Below are positions 57,358 through 64,000 of a stretch of 64,000 bases of DNA, piece after piece. Numbering within the stretch: position 1 is the stretch's first letter; the number at the start of each line of letters is the position of its first letter. The stretch lies in assembly GCA_028699085.1 (NCBI GenBank), contig JAQVVF010000001.1, forward strand, positions 103,883 to 167,882, in the 5' to 3' direction. The notes beneath the pieces are model-generated. The model worked only from the letters and a program-made list of their open reading frames with translations, searched no databases and was not told where the DNA came from. Made by a program: the position numbers and the translations under genes. Source of the DNA: Patescibacteria group bacterium (GTDB lineage Bacteria > Patescibacteriota > JABMPQ01 > JAQVVF01).

Positions 57358-58782
57358 TTAATAGCTTATATATTTTGAGACATAGCCGAACATTGTACTC
57401 CTTTTGCCATCAATTAACTTCCTTGCCAGCTCAAATCCTACCTCGATAGAATTATCAGCGTTATTATAATTAAAAATTCCTGTCCTACCTAAACAATAAG
57501 TACTACCTGTTTTTTCAAAAAAATTAACGACATTTAATAATTTTTCTTTGTATCCTAAATCATAAAAAGGATAAGCGTTTTTTAGCCGTATAACTTTACT
57601 ATCAAAAACATCACTCTTAGAAATTAATCTAACTTTTATAGCATCATTTATTGATCTTTCTGCTATGTCTTCATCCTTCATCTTCCAGACACCGTCACCT
57701 TCATAGCAAGTAATATCAAGACATATTGCTGTTTTATCATCTCTTACCATTTTTTTGGACCAATTCCTGAATTCTACAGAGCGGTTAAAAATTATATCTT
57801 TATCCGAAAAGTAAAGCCAGTGATCATTACTGATATTTTTTTTATTTAAAAATAAATAAACAAAAACAATGTCCATATATTTTAATTCATTCAGACATTT
57901 TTCAATATCTTTATTTTTTCTTGTACATAAATTATAAAAAGTATGCAACGGAATAGTATTTATTAAAGCTTTATTCGCTTTTGCAAAATTTACGGAACCA
58001 TTTTCTTTATAGCAGACTTCCTTGTTCTGATCATTAATTTTATTCAAAACAATGTTAGTTTTAATCTCCGAATTGCTTGTCAAAATTAATTTCGCTAAAG
58101 AATCAGGCAATTCCTGAATACCAGTTTCAGGATAATAAAATTTTCCACCATCCGGAGCCAATTCCTCATCCTCAAGTGAATAGGAAGAAAAATCAAGTTT
58201 TGATATCTTTCTCATAATCTTCTTCATCAATTCTTTAATTTTAACTCCTTGGAATCTTTGACCAGCCCAATCTGCAGACAGCAAAGAAGGATCAATTTTC
58301 CATATCTTGCTAGTATATGGAAGACACATAATAGTATAAAGTTTATGTCCAAAATAAAATTCAAACCAATCCTTATAGCTTACAATTCTCTTCTTTATTA
58401 GCTGCTTTTTTAGCAAATTATAACCAAATGATAATCCAGAAACAAAAGACTCAGTTATTGGCATAGCTCGTAATAAATTCTGCAATTCAAATGGGTATTT
58501 AAGATATTTATCAAACATAAAAATTCTACTTTTTTGAGAATACTCATTCCATTTTATTCCAGGTAATCGCAATACTTCGTCGAGCAGATCTTTATTTGAA
58601 GAATGAAATCTATGAGCGCATAAATCAAATTTAAAACCATCATGCTCAAAAGTTCTTGATAATCCTCCCACAGTATCTTCCTTTTCCAATAATAAAACAC
58701 TGTATCCAGCTTTGGACATCTTATATCCAAAAGACAAGCCAGCTAAACCAGCACCTAAAACGATAAAATCATAATTTTTCAT
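57358..58782 (-). CDS. FAD-dependent oxidoreductase (amine-oxidase/UDP-galactopyranose-mutase-like fold)
   Basis: MKNYDFIVLGAGLAGLSFGYKMSKAGYSVLLLEKEDTVGGLSRT dinucleotide-binding motif. Confidence 0.6.
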   Translation of the reverse strand: MKNYDFIVLGAGLAGLSFGYKMSKAGYSVLLLEKEDTVGGLSRTFEHDGFKFDLCAHRFHSSNKDLLDEVLRLPGIKWNEYSQKSRIFMFDKYLKYPFELQNLLRAMPITESFVSGLSFGYNLLKKQLIKKRIVSYKDWFEFYFGHKLYTIMCLPYTSKIWKIDPSLLSADWAGQRFQGVKIKELMKKIMRKISKLDFSSYSLEDEELAPDGGKFYYPETGIQELPDSLAKLILTSNSEIKTNIVLNKINDQNKEVCYKENGSVNFAKANKALINTIPLHTFYNLCTRKNKDIEKCLNELKYMDIVFVYLFLNKKNISNDHWLYFSDKDIIFNRSVEFRNWSKKMVRDDKTAICLDITCYEGDGVWKMKDEDIAERSINDAIKVRLISKSDVFDSKVIRLKNAYPFYDLGYKEKLLNVVNFFEKTGSTYCLGRTGIFNYNNADNSIEVGFELARKLIDGKRSTMFGYVSKYISY

Positions 58783-59662
58783 GCCAATCTTTATTAATAT
58801 ATTCTTTTAAACAAGCCTTCCAACCTCGCATTTTATTTAATTTTCTCAATCTCAATTTTAAATTAACTAATCTTTCGGAATCTGGTCTTGGAGCAAAATA
58901 ATCTTTGCTAAAAAAATCCGATTTTACTGGAGTTAATTTTATTTTTTTAGATAAATTCAAATTTTTTAAAATTTCTTTAGCCACATCATATCGGCTTGCA
59001 TTTCCTCCGCAAACCATGTTGTAAACACCATAGTAATTTGTTTTTATAAGATGATCAACATTTTTAGCAAAATCGTTTGTATAAGTCGGAGTTCCATATA
59101 AATCCGTAACAGCGTAGATCTCTTTTTTACCTTTTTGCAACTGCTTAATGATTTTAGACACAAATTTTTTATCTTTTTTTCCACCTCCCATCATCCATCC
59201 AGCTCTAAAAACAAAATATTTAGTTAAATGTCTCCTAATATAGATTTCGCCCATATATTTTGACCTACCATAATGGCTAATAGGATTTGGAACATCATAA
59301 TCATCATAAAGATCTTTTTTTCCATCATATATTCCGGCAGTTGATATATATACCAATGGTATATTAAATTCTTTAGCTATCATGGCAGCATTCTCTGTCC
59401 CAACAGTGTTCGTTCTATATGCTTCTTCTATATTATTCTCACAAAATTCCAAATCTGTTAAAGCAGCTAAATGAAAAACAAAATCAGGAACAAAATCCAT
59501 TACTTTCTTTCTTATCTCTTTGTAATCTCTAACGTCCAAATACTTTAGCCATTTTTCATTTAAATCGATATCAGTAGCTTCTACAATATATTTTTTTGAA
59601 AAATGCTCGTAAAAAGCTTTTCCTAACATCCCTCCACATCCCAAAATTAAAATCTTCTTCAT
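58769..59662 (-). CDS. RmlD-like NAD(P)-dependent sugar reductase/epimerase
   Basis: MKKILILGCGGMLGKAF, STAGIYDG, YGRSKYMGE. Confidence 0.6.
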   Translation of the reverse strand: MKKILILGCGGMLGKAFYEHFSKKYIVEATDIDLNEKWLKYLDVRDYKEIRKKVMDFVPDFVFHLAALTDLEFCENNIEEAYRTNTVGTENAAMIAKEFNIPLVYISTAGIYDGKKDLYDDYDVPNPISHYGRSKYMGEIYIRRHLTKYFVFRAGWMMGGGKKDKKFVSKIIKQLQKGKKEIYAVTDLYGTPTYTNDFAKNVDHLIKTNYYGVYNMVCGGNASRYDVAKEILKNLNLSKKIKLTPVKSDFFSKDYFAPRPDSERLVNLKLRLRKLNKMRGWKACLKEYINKDWHEKL

Positions 59663-59852
59663 TAATAATGAAAATTAATTATTATTAAATTATTATATAA
59701 CATTTTTTCTAAAAAACATATTGATGAAAAACAAATATGAAATTAAGCAATTGTTAGCCGTTAATTTAGAAATCTCAAATTTGGCCTTGCGGAAAAAATG
59801 AGCTTCATAAAAATCATACTAAGTTAGCATAATTTATTATTAAATCTATATG

Positions 59853-61730
59853 CTATTTGCAATCAAGAAATTCCTTTTTTATATTTGAGAGAAGACCACG
59901 ATCCTTATATATAATTTTAAAATCTTCAGATGATTTTGACTTATTTTTAGTCTTTAGATATTGATAAAAATCTGATAAATCACGCAAAAATGGTTTTACA
60001 ATAATTCCTTTTTCTAATTGAGAATAATAAGTCCTATTTACTAAATGACTATTCGTATTTTTGTCAATCGACTCAATGTAAATTTCGCTTCCCTTGTAGA
60101 AAAAAGTTCTAATGTTATCAAGAAAAGATCTATCAAACTTATATCTAACCAAATTGTATTGTGAGCTATTACTTATGTTACAGCTTATATCATGCCATTT
60201 TTTGTACTTTGGTTTTAGTAAAAGATAGCCATCATCAAATTTATCAATCTCAAAGTTTTTTATAATTGATTCAGCAAACATAGGTGTTTCAGAAAAAAAC
60301 AATCTATAATCGATTACTTCATCATGTAGAAGTATTCTTACATGTGGATATTTCTCTTTCAGAACATCTCTGTTCAACATATCTGAATCAGCAAGGTAGC
60401 TTGAATAAAGCTGTAGATTAATTAGATGGATTTGACATGTATTTAAAGCTACTGGAATAATTGATTTGTTTGGAAGAACCATTAAACATTTTTTATTTTT
60501 TTTTATAATTTTTCTAATTGAGCGAGGAATCTGTTCCGATTGGCTTTGTAAATTTTTCTGAGTGTTTTCAAGACCACTTTGTATTTTCCAAAAAGGAAGG
60601 CTAAAGAAATTTAGATTAAGGTCAGGACGAAACAAGTTAATCGAAAAAAATAATAAACGCATTTGTAAAACAATTATAAGTCCCAAAGCTAATATTAAAC
60701 AAACATTTATTTTAATAGTTCGATTTTTTATTATAAACAATTTACTTTTTTCTAAATTTGTATATATAAAGTAACAAATAATTAACAAAATTAAGATCAA
60801 AGTAGGCAAAATATGTTGATCGTTTCTGATCCACCCATATAAAAATGCAAAGTAGCATAATAACAAATAGGGTGCATAATTTATTTTTCTTAAAAAAATG
60901 AATCCAAACAAAAATCCCAAAACAAGAATAAAATTTAATACATATTCAAACAATGTTTGATCATTTAAAGACATATACTCTTTATAAAGACTAGAAACAG
61001 AAAAAGATTTAAAAATAAAATTTAAAATATCAAAAGAGCCTGTTGTTAGATAAAAAAAACCTAAAAGAAAAATACAAAAAGAAAAAAGATATTCCAAAAA
61101 CAATAATAATAATTTCTTTTTAGATTCCAATAAGTTTAAAAAAATTAAAAGAGAACCTAAGGTAAAAAAAGCTATCCCCAGATTAAACTTAAATAGAAGC
61201 AAAATAGCAGAAAATAAAGAATAAAAAAAGACACTTATATAATTAATTTCAACATTTTTTTTATCAATTGCAACAATTAACAAAAATAAAATTAAATATA
61301 CGAGTGTATCAATAACAAAAAAATTGAAATCACTTTTAGATAAAAAAACAACAAATGGAAGTAGTAAAATTATCGATCTAAAACAAAATTTAGTAATTTT
61401 GTATAACAGAAAAAAAACAAACGCAAACAGAAGAGAAACAAATATCTCAGGAAGGATGCTAAGGAAAAAAGATGTGGTAACTATAGGACCAGGATACAGA
61501 TAGGTGGCTAAGGGTCCGTATGTAAAAAAAACATCTACTCCTAACTTCTGATCCTGAAATAGAAAATATTTCAAAGAATATTGCCAGTTTCCATCAACAC
61601 CAACAAAAAGATTCTGATTATTCAAATCAAGATTTAAAATCAAAACAATTAGAAAAAATAAAAACATCATAATCCTTCCAATCTGATCTAGAGATGCAAA
61701 TTTGTATTTTGAAAAAATATTTGAAAACAT
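59853..61730 (-). CDS. large polytopic membrane protein (about 14 TM) with C-terminal soluble domain
   Basis: Hydrophobic repeats; locus context. Confidence 0.4.
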   Translation of the reverse strand: MFSNIFSKYKFASLDQIGRIMMFLFFLIVLILNLDLNNQNLFVGVDGNWQYSLKYFLFQDQKLGVDVFFTYGPLATYLYPGPIVTTSFFLSILPEIFVSLLFAFVFFLLYKITKFCFRSIILLLPFVVFLSKSDFNFFVIDTLVYLILFLLIVAIDKKNVEINYISVFFYSLFSAILLLFKFNLGIAFFTLGSLLIFLNLLESKKKLLLLFLEYLFSFCIFLLGFFYLTTGSFDILNFIFKSFSVSSLYKEYMSLNDQTLFEYVLNFILVLGFLFGFIFLRKINYAPYLLLCYFAFLYGWIRNDQHILPTLILILLIICYFIYTNLEKSKLFIIKNRTIKINVCLILALGLIIVLQMRLLFFSINLFRPDLNLNFFSLPFWKIQSGLENTQKNLQSQSEQIPRSIRKIIKKNKKCLMVLPNKSIIPVALNTCQIHLINLQLYSSYLADSDMLNRDVLKEKYPHVRILLHDEVIDYRLFFSETPMFAESIIKNFEIDKFDDGYLLLKPKYKKWHDISCNISNSSQYNLVRYKFDRSFLDNIRTFFYKGSEIYIESIDKNTNSHLVNRTYYSQLEKGIIVKPFLRDLSDFYQYLKTKNKSKSSEDFKIIYKDRGLLSNIKKEFLDCK

Positions 61731-61735
61731 AAAAA

Positions 61736-63139
61736 TTATTTTTTTGCAATCACAAAACTCTGCTTTCCAAAAATAAATTGCAAAAAATCAAACATTAAAT
61801 ATGTTTTTATTAAAAAACTAGTTTGTGGAAATATTGATTTTGTAGAATATGGCAGGAACTTTTTTTTCAAAAATTCTATTCTAAATCCACTAATTTTCAA
61901 AGCTTCCAACAGGCTTTCATGAGTTATCGGCGTTTTATGATCAATAAAAAACCAATATTTCTCCTTAAGATAGAATATATTTGGTTGCAAAATCAAAATT
62001 TTACCGTCACTCTTCAAGATTCTGAAGCATTCATACAATACTTCGATTACTTCGCTAGTATTATTAAGATGTTCCAGAAAATTACTAATAAAAATCTTAT
62101 CAACTGAAGAATCTTGCAGGCATGCAATTTTCTTACAATCAGAAATAATAACTTCAATATCCTTATTTACAAATTGCTTTATAGATGGGTTTAAATCAAC
62201 AGCAATCTTCTTTTTTGCTTTTATATTATTCAAAAATTCTCCATAGCCAGCTGCGATATCAACAACAATATCATTCTTATCTATGAATTTTTGAAAATAA
62301 TTTTCGCACAAAATTTGCCACGTTCTTTGTTTCTTTTCTAATTCTCCAGTAAATCTAATTTCATAAATTTTTTTAAGATCATTTTTCATTTTTTTTGCTA
62401 GCTTCTTTTTATAATCGCCCATAGATAATGATTTCTCCAAAAAGCAATATAATATGATAAAAAAATATCTACTTCCCATTTCCTTAATTTTTAATTTTGA
62501 AACACCACTTTTACGATTTGTCCAATAATTTGGAACAACAGCATAAGAATAACCTCGAACAATTGATTTCAACGGTAATTCAACAGTCAAATTATAATGA
62601 TTGCTTAAAAATGGTTTTAAGCCATTAATTGTTTCCTTGCTGTAAATTTTAAATGCATTAGTGGTATCATTGTACCGCATGCCAAACAAAAATCTTATAA
62701 CATTATTAGTTATTCTATTCAAGAATTTTTTGAATCCTGGATAATCAATTGTTTTTCCACCTTCTATAAAACGAGAACCAAAAACACAATCGTAGCCTTC
62801 AGATATTTTATTATAATATCTAACTAAATCTACTGGCCTGTCTGATAAATCAGCCATGACAATAGCAACGTAATCACCTCTAAAATGATCTAGGCCTTTT
62901 CTAACAGCAAAACCAAAACCATTTGGTGGGATATTATTGATATAATGGACTTCGGCAATGTCTTTTGACATTGTTTTTAATATTTCTTCAGTTTTATCAT
63001 TGCTATTGTCATTGATTATCAAAATTTCGTGTGGTATTTTTTCGTATTTTAATTTTTTATTAAAAGCCAAAACAGTTTTTTCGATACAGCCTTCTTCATT
63101 GTGAGCAGGAATAACAATTGATAATAATTTTTTCTTCAT
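61736..63139 (-). CDS. bifunctional GT2 glycosyltransferase (N-terminal, DPM1-like) / class I SAM methyltransferase (C-terminal) fusion
   Basis: LSIVIPAHNEEGCIEKTV ... DD..S.D GT2 motifs; C-terminal VVDIAAGYGEF ... ISNFLEHL methyltransferase motifs. Confidence 0.65.
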   Translation of the reverse strand: MKKKLLSIVIPAHNEEGCIEKTVLAFNKKLKYEKIPHEILIINDNSNDKTEEILKTMSKDIAEVHYINNIPPNGFGFAVRKGLDHFRGDYVAIVMADLSDRPVDLVRYYNKISEGYDCVFGSRFIEGGKTIDYPGFKKFLNRITNNVIRFLFGMRYNDTTNAFKIYSKETINGLKPFLSNHYNLTVELPLKSIVRGYSYAVVPNYWTNRKSGVSKLKIKEMGSRYFFIILYCFLEKSLSMGDYKKKLAKKMKNDLKKIYEIRFTGELEKKQRTWQILCENYFQKFIDKNDIVVDIAAGYGEFLNNIKAKKKIAVDLNPSIKQFVNKDIEVIISDCKKIACLQDSSVDKIFISNFLEHLNNTSEVIEVLYECFRILKSDGKILILQPNIFYLKEKYWFFIDHKTPITHESLLEALKISGFRIEFLKKKFLPYSTKSIFPQTSFLIKTYLMFDFLQFIFGKQSFVIAKK

Positions 63140-64000
63140 GATAATATTGCTTTTAGCTGATTTTTATTTTCGTTAATCCATTTTACAATATCTGTCATTG
63201 TTTCTTTAATATCTTTCTTTGGTTTCCAATCTGCTAGTTTCATTATTTTTCTACTGTCAGTAATAAATAATTTCAAATCAGTCGGCCTAGTTTCTTTTGT
63301 TGAATCAATTTTAATTTTATTACCAGTAATCTTCTGGCATATTGTAGTCAATTCTTTAAGAGAAACGCTATTTTTTGCGCCGCCTCCAATATTATAAACT
63401 TCACCGTTAAACTTATCTATACTATTTAACTGAATATCAATAATATCAAACAAATCATTAATATGAATAAAATCTCGGACTTGCTTTCCCTGACCTCCAT
63501 AGCCGATGTAAGACAATTTACCACCAAAAATATGCCGAGCAGCCCAAAGTACAAAAACACCTTGGTCAACTTTTCCCATTTGCCATGGTCCAGTTATTAC
63601 TCCACAACGATTTATAATGCCTTTTATTCCATAATTAGCAACATATTCCTGCAATAAAATTTCCGAACATAATTTAGTCGCGCCATAAAGAGAGCGACTG
63701 CCATTTATTGGAAAATTTTCAGCAATGCCAAATTTTGAAGCTCCTTTTATTTTTTGTTTGTTACTTAAATCAAAACGATCTTTACTCTCAATATAATTCA
63801 ATTTATTTATTGTCTCAATTGGATAAACTCTGCTCGTTGATAAAAAAAGAAAATTTGCATCATTTTTTCTTGCAAATTCCAAACAATTTATCGTTCCTAA
63901 AAGATTTGTATTAATCAAATAATCAGGCGAGGAATTTATTCCAGCTAAGACAGAAGGCTCAGCAGAACATTCCAAAATTAAATCAATTCTAGGAATTTCG
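63136..64000 (-). CDS. NAD-dependent epimerase/dehydratase, C-terminal part (gene continues beyond window end)
   Basis: LFLSTSRVY, YGATKLCSE (YxxxK); upstream Rossmann region lies outside the window. Confidence 0.65.
   Translation of the reverse strand, partial: EIPRIDLILECSAEPSVLAGINSSPDYLINTNLLGTINCLEFARKNDANFLFLSTSRVYPIETINKLNYIESKDRFDLSNKQKIKGASKFGIAENFPINGSRSLYGATKLCSEILLQEYVANYGIKGIINRCGVITGPWQMGKVDQGVFVLWAARHIFGGKLSYIGYGGQGKQVRDFIHINDLFDIIDIQLNSIDKFNGEVYNIGGGAKNSVSLKELTTICQKITGNKIKIDSTKETRPTDLKLFITDSRKIMKLADWKPKKDIKETMTDIVKWINENKNQLKAILS

Overview
This window is a 64 kb segment of a strongly AT-rich bacterial chromosome (about 30% GC by eye). Genes are small and densely packed with weak ribosome-binding sites, and TGA is used as a stop codon. 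The gene content suggests an ultra-small or episymbiotic lineage (CPR-like), but I cannot confirm this from sequence alone.

Gene content in order:
- **Housekeeping (0-9 kb):** an FKBP-type PPIase, the translational GTPase TypA/BipA, a tandem zinc-ribbon protein, a Ddl-family ATP-grasp ligase translationally coupled to a KamA-family radical-SAM aminomutase, HdeD-like and TMEM175-like membrane proteins, an FG-GAP repeat protein fused to an L,D-transpeptidase domain, and a 47-aa zinc-ribbon gene missing from the ORF track.
- **Surface-polysaccharide machinery (9-33 kb and 46-64 kb):** a Wzz-like protein, at least five GT4 glycosyltransferases, a Wzy/O-antigen-ligase-like protein, the dTDP-rhamnose genes rfbB/rfbD/rfbA interleaved with cupin, HIT, Nudix (x2) and HD-domain genes, a GalE-like epimerase, metK, ugd, a Wzm/Wzt ABC exporter, methyltransferases, a GT2-methyltransferase fusion and several large polytopic membrane proteins.
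- **Secreted and lipoprotein cluster (33-46 kb):** a subtilase, an FN3-domain protein, repeat proteins and a 955-aa cysteine-rich lipoprotein.

The most unusual region is 12.27-14.8 kb:
- About 2 kb of roughly 65% GC DNA sits inside the ~30% GC background.
- It encodes an OmpA-like protein with an outer-membrane-protein-like C-terminus and a Myxococcus-style cysteine-rich lipoprotein.
- The OmpA-like protein has two nearby low-GC paralogues, at 15083 and 16072.
- The island lies immediately next to tRNA-Leu(UAA).
- The tRNA is followed by two tandem 68-nt GC-rich elements. Each re-uses the last 21 nt of the tRNA and has its own terminator.

Other structure not explained by the genes:
- two copies of a GC-rich Y-shaped intergenic element with compensatory base changes;
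- a conserved ~50-nt leader motif abutting two start codons;
- AATATT-unit hairpins flanking a GT4 gene;
- long AT-rich palindromes;
- an (AT)23 microsatellite;
- in-frame tandem repeats inside a coding sequence.

No CRISPR array, rRNA, transposase or integrase is recognisable.
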